Virus record (IMG/VR): IMGVR_UViG_3300032007_000042
DNA: 64,000 bases
Source of the DNA: an uncultured virus (IMG/VR IMGVR_UViG_3300032007_000042)
Taxonomy: Duplodnaviria; Heunggongvirae; Uroviricota; Caudoviricetes; Crassvirales
Reading direction: 5' to 3' (one strand)
Shown here piece by piece: positions 38,132 to 49,200 of this stretch (position 1 is the stretch's first letter; the number at the start of each line of letters is the position of its first letter). The position numbers and the translations under genes are program-made. The notes below the pieces were generated by a model. The model had not been told where the DNA came from and did not search any database. It saw only the letters and a program-made list of their open reading frames with translations.

Positions 38132-41100
38132 ATGCCAATTTCAAGATTAGAAGGACTCAAAGGAATCAATGCAATAGCTAGAAGAATGAAAGGTTTTGAT
38201 GGTCTTAGCTATCAACAGCAAAGAGAGTTTCTCGCTGCTAATGAGGCTAAGCTTGGAGCCTATACCAATAATTCCAACAGTCTTAATTTTATAAAAGATT
38301 ACTATGATAACTTGCAGTTTATCAATAGGTTTGGTAAGAAAGCTTTTCAACTTACTGGCCCTACAGAGGAAGGTATGAAGTTCAGAAGGTTAAAACTTAA
38401 TGAAGGCTTAGAGCAAGAGAGAAATAATCTTATCAATGCTACTTTTGATTCTACTTTTGGTAATGACCAAAATATACAAGATCTACGTAATGGTCTTGAT
38501 GAGCAAGGAAAACTTGACTTATTAAGAAATACCAATTATCTTACTGATAGCCAGATAAATGATAGATTTAAGCAAAATTTTAAAAATACAGAAACTGTAT
38601 ATAAAGAGCTAAGAAAGGGCTCTTATGGTGTAAGTAACCCATTTTCTACAGCAGGTAGTCTTAAAGCAGCTTCTGATGTAACTAATAAAGTAGACCCTTA
38701 TGCAAATAAAGATAAGGATTTAAAGAATAACCAGTATATCCTTGATAAGATATACAGTCAAGTACAAAAGAGAAGAGAAAACTCTGTTGCAGGATTAACA
38801 GATACTATCTATAAAGGTATCCTTAATGTTAATAATAAAGGAGTAAAAAGCTTGGCACAAAGCTATAAAGACTTTGATACTCTTGCCACTAAAGTATCTT
38901 ATCACTATGCACAATTCAAGGATAGTAAATGGCTTAGTGATTACTCTAATACTGATAAGTTAAAGGATTATGCAAAGTTCATGGCTCTTGAGCAGAAGTA
39001 TGGCAAAGGAATAGCCATACAATATCTTGACCACTCTATACAGAACAGAGTAGCTAAGGCACAAGATGGTGTATGGACAGGCAATACTTTAAAGAAGATA
39101 GGTACTACCTTCTTGTCAGACTTAGGTTCACAGGTAGCTATGTTTAGTAATGCTGATGCCTTTTTTAATCCAGAGGCAATGGGACTTATCAATCAAGGAT
39201 TAACACCTATCTATGCTAAAGATAAGAATGGGAATATACTACATGATAAACAAGGAAATCCTATTATAATAGGAAGTAAGAAGAATGATAATATATGGAC
39301 AAATCCTGCCTATTGGAATGACATGTATATGTATAATACTACTGATCAGCATGAGATGGAGCTTATTAAGCAGAGAGGTGGTATATCTAAATATGTCAAT
39401 ATAAATCCTTATGGCTATAACCCTAATGAGCATATGCTTTCATGGGGTACTGCTCAAGAGGCTGTTGCACAGAGTGGTCATATATTTGCATCTTTGGCAG
39501 AAACAGCATTACTTGGTGGTATAGGCAAAGGCATAGGAGTAGCAGGTAATGCACTAGGAAAAGGTGCTATAATGGCCGCAAAAGCAGCTAATGCTAGTGC
39601 CAAGATGCTTAATGCAATGTCTAAAGCAGGTAGAGTTATCTCCAAGACCAGTGGTGTAGCCAATGATATTCTTATAAACATGGCAGCTTCCATGAATGGC
39701 CCACAAGGAGAGTCTATGGGAACTTTCAATGAACAGCTTGAAAAGAATATAGAGGCTATTAAGAACCAAATTAGAAAGGAACTTAATGACTATGCTAAGA
39801 CTATTAACTATAATGCACCTCATGCAAAACAGCAGATAGCCCAATACTTTAATCAACTTAAACTTCAAGATCAAAGAAGACTTAGGAGAGGAGCTATAGA
39901 AGGAGTTAAGCAATTGCCTATGAGTGATGCTACTCTTATGCAACAAGCTAAACAAATGTATACTAATAGCCTCCTTAATGAGCAAGAAAAGTACTTAGAG
40001 TATAAGCATAATAAAGATTATCAAGAGGCAGCTACCAATGCAGCGAGAACCTATACTAAAAACTGGGTAGCAGACTTTATTAAAGAGAACTTTATTACTG
40101 GTGGCATACAGAACTTTAAGATTGCCAAGGGTGCCTTGACAGGTGCTCTTGATAATACTATAGCTAAGAATATCACAGCAGATGCAGCCACAGGAGGAGT
40201 AAAGAGAGTTGTAGGTAAGGCAGGTAAGGCACTTGCTAAAGCAAGATGGCAAAATGTAGTTAAGCAAGCTGGTAAGCAAGTAGCAGGTGGTTTTGCAGAT
40301 GAGTTTCTTGATGGTCTTAATGCTAATATGGCAGAAGGAATAGGAGATAAGTCATTTAAGGATTATCTTAATAAGAACTATAATCCAGAAGCCTATAATG
40401 CAACTACTCATGGAGCATTTGCCAATATGGTAGCAGGTATTGATGGCTTTGTTGGAGGTCTTACTGATAGAGAAAACTGGTATGAAGGTTTTATTGGTGC
40501 TATATCTCCATTTGCTTCAGGAGCTGTAAATGCAGGTATTATTACAAATCCTATCAATACTACAAGAGCATTGCTTAAAGGAGTAGATGAGAATGGTAAT
40601 AAACTTAATATAGCAGAGAGAGTAGCAAAGGTAATTACTAATCCAATCTTAAGTGAGTATGCTGATGCAAAGAGTCAAGATAGAGCTATAGATCAAAGAG
40701 TAAAAGATAATAATGAGCTTATTAAGAATAATAAGACTACTCTTAATGATGCAGCCAAGGCTATGATGGCTTTAAGAGATTACTCATCACCATTACAACT
40801 AAACAGATATAAAGGTGAGGATGGAGTAGGTTCTACTATACTTGACTCAGAGGACAATAAGTTATATAATGTCTTTACTCTTATGGATTTAATGCACACT
40901 CTTCATGGTGTTGAAGGAGGTACAAAGAGTCAGATCTATCAAGATGTGATGGGTAACATGAAGAACATTGCTGAAGGCAAATTGTCTGAGGATGAAATGA
41001 ATGATGAGATAGACAAGTTTCTTGCAGACAAAGATAATAAGTCAATTCTTGATAAGCCTAATGCCAGAGAAATAGCAGCAGAGAGACTTCAGAAGAATGC

Positions 41101-44100
41101 AAAATTCTTTATGGACACCTATAAGAAGTATGTTGAGATAAGCAATACTCTTGCAAGAAGTAGTAAACTTAGAAATGCAGATCCAAGACTTATAAGTATG
41201 CTGAAATATAATCTATTGGCTAAGGATAACTATAAAGAAAGACTTAATCAAATAGAGTCAGAGCTTGGTGTTGGGCATACAGATGCGGAGAATAAAGACT
41301 ATACTGCAAATCTTAAATATCTATATGGGCGTAAAGCATCAAGAGAGAATGCTCTTAAAGCAAGAGAAAGGGATTTGGCTAATATAGAAGCTAAGCAAAA
41401 AGCTAATATAGAAGCCAATAATAAAGCACTTGTTGACAGAGATAATGCTCAAAAAGAGCTAGACAATGCCAAGGATGAGAATGCAAGAAAAGCTGCTCAA
41501 GATAAACTTGATAAGATTAACAATCTCATGGAATCAAGAAGATTTCAGAATAAATCTTTAGATACTCAAAAGAGTATTCTTCAAGAGGAAAAAGCAGAAC
41601 TTGAACAACTTATAAAGGATAATCCAGATACAGCATTATCTGTAGATGGTATATTGTCAATGAATGCTGCTGACAGAGCAGCAGTACTTGATGAAAGGAA
41701 CAAAGACAACTATACAAAAGCACAATTAAAAATTATTGAAAGAGCAAAAGAAAAGCTCAAAGCTAAGGATCCTGATGCTTTACAGAAGATACATGATGCA
41801 GGTATCTTGCATGACAGAATAGCAAGCAGTAATACTGTGTATAACAAGCTGCTTGATAATGCAGACCTTGCAACTACATGGCTTGATGCTCAAGAGGCTA
41901 TTAGGGATAGAAGAGCTGCTGAGGAGCACATTGAAAGAATATTAAAAGATAGCTATAAGAAACTTAATGATGCCTATGATAGTGGTGATGCAGAGACACT
42001 TAAGAAGGAAGTACTTGGAAATGATAGCTCTGTCCTTAAAGCCTATATGCAAGACAATCCTGATAAGGTAGATAAGGTAAAACCTTATTATGATATGAGA
42101 AAGTTCTTTGATGATGCGGCTGCTATTGTCTTTAGTAAAGATGGTGATGAGGCAACTAAGAACATTATGCTTGATAATATTGCCATGATGTTTCATAAAG
42201 CCAATAGTGTAGAAGATGTTATGAGGAACATTGAAGGCATTATTGATGATCCTAAGATAGCAGAGTCAAACAAAAAGTTCTTTGATAATCTTCTTAATGA
42301 TATGCAGAAACTTAACTATCAAAGAGACCATACTATCATTGAAAAGAGAGAGGAAAGGCTTAAAAGAGAAGCTGAAGAGAAGGCTAAAAAAGAAGCTGAG
42401 AGAGCAAAGAAAGAAGCTGAAGATAAAGCTGCTGCTGAAAGAATTGCTGCTGAGAAAGCTGCTAAGGAAGCTAAAGAAAAAGCTGAAGCTGAGGCTAAAG
42501 CTAAGGCAGAAGCAGAGGCTGCTGCTGATAATCTTGTAGCTTCAGGAGATGCTGTACCAACAGAAGAAACATTAAGTAAGGAAGAGGAGGAGAAAGAAAG
42601 AAGCAATATTGAAAATGCTAAACAAAAAGGAGAAGCTACACCTATTTCTATGTCTTGGGCAAATAGTCTCATGAGTGACAGTGCTGAGGAAGGTAGTGCT
42701 CCAGCAGGAGATATGTGGCATAGTACAAATGCAGGCCCAAGAAAAGAGCCTGTTACTGCCAATCTTAAGATTAACAATGGTAAAAGAACTATTACCTTTA
42801 CTAATGGAGAACAGAATGAGGAAATAGTTATTAAGCCAGAAGACTATGAGGCAGAAGCTTCTGTACAACAATCAAAGTCTATTAATAATGAACCATCTAA
42901 AGAACAGTCTAAGGGGGTACAATTATTAAATACAAAATGGGTTAAGATAGATGGTAGTGGACACTTTATTCTTAACTCTTCTGTTACTATAGATGACTTG
43001 AAGAAACTGAGTGACTTTGACAAGTATTTCACAATTGTCTCTTCAGAAGCTCCATTACAAGAATCAACAGGCTTTGATCTTATCAATAGTGGAGATTTAA
43101 GCAAACCAGATGATAAAGGCAATAGACGTGTTAGGAGAAAGGCTCAAATTGCTTTGAAAGGAAAGCAGCCCAATAAGACAGAAGACTATGAGGCAGAAGC
43201 TTCTACACAACAAAAAAACAATAGCCCTATTAATGGAAGAGAAGCTGCTATTGCAATGAATATTTCTATAGAAAGAGGAATAGCAGATTCTTATTTAAAA
43301 CACCCAGACAACACTAAGAATACACCTAATGAAGGAAAGAGTATTGATGATTGGGATAATGCAGCTATGAATGTTTATAATTATATAAACAGATTAGCAG
43401 GTCGTGTTTCTACAGAAGATATAATGAGAAGACTTGGAAATGATTCTGATTATCAACTTCTTACTACAGGTGGTGCTTCTGTTCCAACTAGGATTAAGGA
43501 ATATGTTGAAGCATTGAATAATAAAAATCATGCACAGCAGAAGCCTATAGAACAAAGTAATAAAGAGAATAATAAAGAACAGCAGAGTAATAGTACAGAA
43601 AATAGACCATTCCATGCAAAATCTTTAGAGAAAGATGGTAATGATTGGTATTTTGTTGGTAACTTTGAAGGTGAAAACAAAGAGACTAAAGTAAAGGCCA
43701 AGAAAGACTTTAACTTGGATAAGGCTATTGATGAGCAAAGAGCTCAAAGAGAAAGGCTTTATTATAAGCAAGGAGATACTGTTAGTGTAGATATAATGGA
43801 AGATACTGATGGTAATACATTTGCAGTAGGACAAACTCTTGAAGACCAAAAGAATAGTCTCCCTGATAATATGGAAGGTACTATTATAAATAAAGACAAC
43901 ATGGATTCTGATACAGAGCTTAATGCATCAGGAGAGAGTCAAGAAGATAATAGCCAATCACAGTTATCTGGATATGCTATGGCTATATGGAATAGAGATA
44001 GCTTACAGGGTGGAGAAAAGGCACTTGTTAGAGATAAAGATGAGAAAGCTCCTTATAATAGAGATAAGCTTAATGCTTGGCTTGATTCCATGCATATCAA

Positions 44101-46198
44101 TCTTAGGAATATCATAGACCAAGAGTTATTCCAAATACTCAAAGCAAATCCACAAGCTAAGGTAAAGTTTATGGCTACCAACTCAAAGGATTTCCCTGTG
44201 ACAAGAGCATTTAAAGATGATACTGTTAGCAATAATCTTTTCTTGGTACTTGACTATGATGAATCTATTAATAGAGGTATCACCCATATACATGACAATG
44301 ATAGGAATGGCGGTGTTATAGAGACTGGTGATGGTAAGAAATATCTTATCATAGGTATATATGCCTATAAAAATGACAATACTGCACAACAGAATCTTTA
44401 TAATAATCTTTGGGGAGTAAATGCTAGGTCAGGAATAAGCTTAGCTACAAAAAGTAGAAAACAAAAAGTCTTTGGAGCTACAGATTCAAAAGCTCAAAAT
44501 GGTGATGGAGTAATCAGACTTGAAAGAGATGCTTATTTCCTATCACATACTAAAGAGAGATTCTATATATCACCTAACTATAGTACAGAGATAGTACCTT
44601 ATAGCCTAATCCCAGGATGGAATGTACATAGAATGGAGCATGATACTGAAGGTAAGCATAGACCTGTTATAGAGTTAATGCAGGATGAGAATAGAAATCC
44701 ATTTGGGCTTACTATAGAAAATGCTTCATGGGCTATACAAAAAGCTGATGAATTTCTTATTGTTAGTCCTTCTCATACTAATCAAGAAGAAATGTCTGTT
44801 ATGGAGCCTACTAATCCAGATAGAGAGCGTGGTGCTTCTTATATATTATTCCCTGGAGCTAATGGTAGAATGTTCTGTGGTAGAATAATACCATGTATGT
44901 ATGGAGATATGAGAGAAGGAAGTCTTAAGACTAAAGTAAATGATTTACTTCATCAACTAACTTCTTCTGATCATAAGACAAGAGTTGATGCTATCAGAGG
45001 ACTTAATAGAATCTTCTATTTTAATAGTAATAAAGACAAAAAAGGAAAGACAATTCTTACCAATAACAGTGGTCAAATCTCATTTATTAATGAGGATAGC
45101 AGTATTTTCTATACTACAACCATAGGAGACCATTTTAATATGGAAGAATTTATACAGAAGTTTGAAGAGTTTAAGCCTAGAGTCAATATTACTCCAACAG
45201 TACTAGGAAGTAAGTCAATGATAGAAGAATATAGTGAGGCAGGTGCTCTTGATACTGACTTAGCACAGTTGGCACTTGCAGGATCTTCTTATAGACTTTA
45301 TAGTGTGAATCTTGATGGTAGTATCAATAAGCCTACAGAAATAAAGAATCCTGTAACTCCACCTGTAAATGATAAATATCATGGTAGTAACTTTACCAGT
45401 GTTTATTACTATACAGATGGTAAATTGGCTACCTATAGCTATGATAAAACTACAGGTAATTATTACTTAAATGGAAATATAGTAGATAAGGCTACTAATG
45501 CAGCTATTATTAAGCAACTTGATTACAACAGGCAGGTTATTGATGGTAATATTACTTATGAGACAGAAGAGAATGGCTATAAGTATTACATCATCAATGA
45601 TACAGACAGTCCTTTGGTAATTAAGATTAATAGTAATTATCAAGTTAAAGAGCTTTCTCAAGAAGAGTCTAAAGAATATATAGCTAAGATAAACAAGGCT
45701 AAAGAAGACAAAGAAAGAGAAGCTGCTGCAAAACAAAAGCTTGAAGAGTCAGGTAAAGCTGATGATGTAGATTTAGGATTACAACCTGATGATTATGTAC
45801 CTACTCCTCCTATATCTTCTGAAACAACTGGTGATAATCTTGTCTATGATCCAACAACAGGTGGTCTTAAGAACTTAGATGAACAACAAAGGTCTGAGGA
45901 GCAAAAGAAGGCTGAGGAAGAGGCAGAGAAAAAGAGGAAAGAGGAGCAAGAAAAACTTCAAAATCCTCCTAAGAAATCTGCTACAAATCCTACTACTCAG
46001 ACATTCAAGCAGCTTTATAAAAATAATAAATATAGAGCTCAAATTAGTAAAGCAGTTATAGACAAGTGGCCTGATGCTCCTAGGGGACTAAATGATTTAA
46101 ATAAATTCCTGAAAGATCATAATGTTGAAATTGATTCCATAGGTACTTCAAAAGATGATATTGATACATGGATAGATACTCTAAAGAACTGTAAATAA
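38132..46198 (+). CDS. Large cargo/ejection protein (2688 aa, crAss001 gp47-like)
   Basis: Very long helical ORF with Gly/Ala hydrophobic stretches and EAK-rich coiled coils. Synteny. Confidence 0.7.
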   Translation: MPISRLEGLKGINAIARRMKGFDGLSYQQQREFLAANEAKLGAYTNNSNSLNFIKDYYDNLQFINRFGKKAFQLTGPTEEGMKFRRLKLNEGLEQERNNLINATFDSTFGNDQNIQDLRNGLDEQGKLDLLRNTNYLTDSQINDRFKQNFKNTETVYKELRKGSYGVSNPFSTAGSLKAASDVTNKVDPYANKDKDLKNNQYILDKIYSQVQKRRENSVAGLTDTIYKGILNVNNKGVKSLAQSYKDFDTLATKVSYHYAQFKDSKWLSDYSNTDKLKDYAKFMALEQKYGKGIAIQYLDHSIQNRVAKAQDGVWTGNTLKKIGTTFLSDLGSQVAMFSNADAFFNPEAMGLINQGLTPIYAKDKNGNILHDKQGNPIIIGSKKNDNIWTNPAYWNDMYMYNTTDQHEMELIKQRGGISKYVNINPYGYNPNEHMLSWGTAQEAVAQSGHIFASLAETALLGGIGKGIGVAGNALGKGAIMAAKAANASAKMLNAMSKAGRVISKTSGVANDILINMAASMNGPQGESMGTFNEQLEKNIEAIKNQIRKELNDYAKTINYNAPHAKQQIAQYFNQLKLQDQRRLRRGAIEGVKQLPMSDATLMQQAKQMYTNSLLNEQEKYLEYKHNKDYQEAATNAARTYTKNWVADFIKENFITGGIQNFKIAKGALTGALDNTIAKNITADAATGGVKRVVGKAGKALAKARWQNVVKQAGKQVAGGFADEFLDGLNANMAEGIGDKSFKDYLNKNYNPEAYNATTHGAFANMVAGIDGFVGGLTDRENWYEGFIGAISPFASGAVNAGIITNPINTTRALLKGVDENGNKLNIAERVAKVITNPILSEYADAKSQDRAIDQRVKDNNELIKNNKTTLNDAAKAMMALRDYSSPLQLNRYKGEDGVGSTILDSEDNKLYNVFTLMDLMHTLHGVEGGTKSQIYQDVMGNMKNIAEGKLSEDEMNDEIDKFLADKDNKSILDKPNAREIAAERLQKNAKFFMDTYKKYVEISNTLARSSKLRNADPRLISMLKYNLLAKDNYKERLNQIESELGVGHTDAENKDYTANLKYLYGRKASRENALKARERDLANIEAKQKANIEANNKALVDRDNAQKELDNAKDENARKAAQDKLDKINNLMESRRFQNKSLDTQKSILQEEKAELEQLIKDNPDTALSVDGILSMNAADRAAVLDERNKDNYTKAQLKIIERAKEKLKAKDPDALQKIHDAGILHDRIASSNTVYNKLLDNADLATTWLDAQEAIRDRRAAEEHIERILKDSYKKLNDAYDSGDAETLKKEVLGNDSSVLKAYMQDNPDKVDKVKPYYDMRKFFDDAAAIVFSKDGDEATKNIMLDNIAMMFHKANSVEDVMRNIEGIIDDPKIAESNKKFFDNLLNDMQKLNYQRDHTIIEKREERLKREAEEKAKKEAERAKKEAEDKAAAERIAAEKAAKEAKEKAEAEAKAKAEAEAAADNLVASGDAVPTEETLSKEEEEKERSNIENAKQKGEATPISMSWANSLMSDSAEEGSAPAGDMWHSTNAGPRKEPVTANLKINNGKRTITFTNGEQNEEIVIKPEDYEAEASVQQSKSINNEPSKEQSKGVQLLNTKWVKIDGSGHFILNSSVTIDDLKKLSDFDKYFTIVSSEAPLQESTGFDLINSGDLSKPDDKGNRRVRRKAQIALKGKQPNKTEDYEAEASTQQKNNSPINGREAAIAMNISIERGIADSYLKHPDNTKNTPNEGKSIDDWDNAAMNVYNYINRLAGRVSTEDIMRRLGNDSDYQLLTTGGASVPTRIKEYVEALNNKNHAQQKPIEQSNKENNKEQQSNSTENRPFHAKSLEKDGNDWYFVGNFEGENKETKVKAKKDFNLDKAIDEQRAQRERLYYKQGDTVSVDIMEDTDGNTFAVGQTLEDQKNSLPDNMEGTIINKDNMDSDTELNASGESQEDNSQSQLSGYAMAIWNRDSLQGGEKALVRDKDEKAPYNRDKLNAWLDSMHINLRNIIDQELFQILKANPQAKVKFMATNSKDFPVTRAFKDDTVSNNLFLVLDYDESINRGITHIHDNDRNGGVIETGDGKKYLIIGIYAYKNDNTAQQNLYNNLWGVNARSGISLATKSRKQKVFGATDSKAQNGDGVIRLERDAYFLSHTKERFYISPNYSTEIVPYSLIPGWNVHRMEHDTEGKHRPVIELMQDENRNPFGLTIENASWAIQKADEFLIVSPSHTNQEEMSVMEPTNPDRERGASYILFPGANGRMFCGRIIPCMYGDMREGSLKTKVNDLLHQLTSSDHKTRVDAIRGLNRIFYFNSNKDKKGKTILTNNSGQISFINEDSSIFYTTTIGDHFNMEEFIQKFEEFKPRVNITPTVLGSKSMIEEYSEAGALDTDLAQLALAGSSYRLYSVNLDGSINKPTEIKNPVTPPVNDKYHGSNFTSVYYYTDGKLATYSYDKTTGNYYLNGNIVDKATNAAIIKQLDYNRQVIDGNITYETEENGYKYYIINDTDSPLVIKINSNYQVKELSQEESKEYIAKINKAKEDKEREAAAKQKLEESGKADDVDLGLQPDDYVPTPPISSETTGDNLVYDPTTGGLKNLDEQQRSEEQKKAEEEAEKKRKEEQEKLQNPPKKSATNPTTQTFKQLYKNNKYRAQISKAVIDKWPDAPRGLNDLNKFLKDHNVEIDSIGTSKDDIDTWIDTLKNCK

Positions 46199-46212
46199 TA
46201 TAGTTGATAGAT

Positions 46213-46255
46213 AAAAAAGAAAGGGAGGGAAGCATGAACTTCTCTCCCTTTTATT
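46213..46255. terminator. Bidirectional intrinsic terminator between converging gene blocks
   Basis: AAAAAAGAAAGGGAGGGAAG-CATGAA-CTTCTCTCCCTTTT. Confidence 0.85.
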
Positions 46256-46270
46256 ATAGTTATAAAGTTA

Positions 46271-49200
46271 TTAATATCCAGATGGTGTAATCTTAAATGC
46301 CTTAAAGACATCATCCTTATCTTTCATAGTCTCCATTTGTTCAATATCTTTTACAAATGGGAAGTCATATTTAATTACATTACGCAGATACTTATTTTCT
46401 CCCTTATGAGGGCCAGACTGAATAGTTTCAGTAATATCTCCAAGACCATATATAGTATATAACATTGAGTTAGCAGTACTTATGGATGCCATAGGAGACT
46501 GTAATATAGTAATCATATTTTGTATAGCAGCAGGGTGTGGCATAGAAGCCTCAGTATCAAGAATCATTCTCTTGAGCTGATATAACCAGAATCTTGCAAA
46601 TCTATTACCTCTAAAGTCATCATCTCCACCTGGAACAAAGCTAAGTGCAAGTTCTGCCACATATAATGCAAGTAACAAACTAAGCTCTGTATGTGCTCTT
46701 CCTAAGTTATACTTCTGCACATCATCAAGACTTGCCCATATTAATCTTCCTCTTACTGTAAAAGAAGCAAATTCACCAAGAAACTTAAGGCAAGCTATAA
46801 AAGCATTTCTTGCTTCTTTGTTTTCCTTAAATTCCTCTACCAAAGCCCTGTTAAGGCTTCTCCAATAACCCTCTCTGTATTGACCGATATTAGCATCAAA
46901 GTATTTCTTTCTGAATCTTCTTGAGTAATGCTCAACCATCCATTGTCTAAAGTTCATAGCCATAGCTCCATACCAATGCTGATATATCAAACCCTTATGC
47001 TCTTTATCCATAGCACCATGACAGGTTTGATTAGCTTGTTGGATTTTCTTTCTCACATTCCTAAGTAACTCATCTGGATCAATAGCATTACCATCCTTAT
47101 CAGTGATACCTTGTTTTAGATGTAATTCAGCAGCACCATCACCTTTATTTACTACTTCAAAAGCATCATAGAGTGACATCTTTTCACCATTTATATATAC
47201 TTTTTGATGGTGTAGACAAGCATACATACCTACATAGTGAATAAGGTATTCACCAGCACCATAACCCATGAAGGATAAATCATGTGCAAGTAGTTTTCTC
47301 AGTATACTCTTATGGTATCTTGTATGAGTTTTACTATCAAAATTCTCTTGCTCAGGGTCAAAGAGTTCTGCAAAAAGTCTTGACTTACTATTTTTTGTTT
47401 CATTCAGCAAATCCCAAATTTCACCAGTAACACCCGCTGAACCAAACAGTTTAGTATGTGCCCATCCATAATCCTTAAAGTTATAGAACTCACCAGCACC
47501 TGCCTCAATCAACATCTGAAATTCACCCATTAAATAGTTAGCAGTCATACCTTTAAGGTTAGTAGCAAGACCCTTGAAAGAGGTATAAGAGATTAATCTA
47601 CTTGCTATAGTTCTCCACGTTTTATTTTCATTAGGATCTCTATAAACACCATATAGATGCTGATTGATAAAACTATCAACCATAGCCTCAGTATTATGGT
47701 TTCTTACAGCCCAGCTTCTTAAGTCCTTTATGATTCTAACAGACCTATCACCAAAGGTCTCAGCCTTAGGTCGCTCATCCCTTGTGCCACTATTCTCATC
47801 ATAATTCTTGATATAGTCACCCATGAAGTTGATACAATCCTCTATTCTACTCATCTCACTATAGTTAATAGCAGTACCTGCAAGAGCCTGTAATCCTCCT
47901 GAGAAGTCCTTAAGTAGTTCATCTTGCTCTACTTTATTGACAAAGAAAATAGGTATTTGCTTAAGCTGAGTATTATCATAGTCACCTCTTACAGTAGCAT
48001 ATTCTTCACCTTCAATAACACCATTAGTATTATAGTGCTCATCATCTTCTCTTATCTTATAGATGTTCTGAGCTTTGGTAAGAATAGCCTTTCCTACATC
48101 CTTAAAGCCTTTAGCATGACCTAAAGCATCAAACATATTCCTTCTTAACTGTGGTGGGAGGTATTGATGTCTTGCATACTCAGGAAGCAGAGAACCAATC
48201 TCTCCTTTAATCTGCATCATGGTATTATAGTACTCTTGTTGCTCTTTAGTTAGTTGTGGGAAAGCTTTTCTATATCTCTGATTAGGTATTTTCTCAGTTC
48301 TACCATTAGTTGCATCTACTACTTTGCCCTCTGTATTGTTGTCTTCCCAATCATAAAGGGCTTGTCTAAAGTCCCATTCATCAAGATTCTGAGCATTAAG
48401 AGCCTTTTTGTAAGCAGCCCTTGCTGCGTAATAAGCCTTCCAATCTATATCACTAATTATATGGCCATCATCTTCATACATAAATTCAGAATTACTACCA
48501 GAAGCATATAGTTTCTTAGTAGCCTTAGTAATACGTGTAGAGAACTTTGCCATTATATCATTTCTATGCAACTGTGCATCATTGATAAGACCACCCATAG
48601 TAGATATGATAGGATTGCTTACTCTACTCATAGCATAAAGAAGAGAATCCTGTTTAGTAGAATCTTTTACAGCTAAGTCAATGGCATTTACAAGAGCCGT
48701 AATATCTTTTACACCATCTCCTGCAAACTTAATAAGAATCTCCCTGACAGTATCAGAGGTTAAAGATTTAATCTGAGACTCTCTATTATCAAATACCTTC
48801 TTTATCTTCTGAGCTAATGTTCTAATATTATCAATATCCTGTTGTGAGATATTCTCATCAATTATTAAGCTATCATTAGCAAGAGCCTTAAGTATGTCAT
48901 AATACTGTTTGTGTAATAGAGTTATTTTATATAACTTCTTGGCTCTATCCATATAAAATTCAAGATCAGCAGTAGCAGGAGGAATAGTAAGAGCATCATC
49001 TACAATCTTATCTACTTCAGCTACTCTTGTATTAACCTCATTTAAGAAACTAAGAGTGCCAGAATAGTATCTTCCTGCCCTTAATTCTTGATAAAGAGTA
49101 CTAAGTGTCTTTGACAACTTTCTACCTTCATCAATGTTTTTATCCCTTTCTTGAGCATCAGTAGTTCTACTATCTTTAATATGCTTAATCTGTCTCTCAA

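Noticed and set aside
42340..42530. GCT/GAA/AAA-rich repetitive DNA
   Set aside because: It encodes an ordinary EAK-rich helical linker.
46199..46270. Strand switch between cargo genes as a possible invertible segment
   Set aside because: There is only a bidirectional terminator, with no flanking inverted repeats or recombinase seen.
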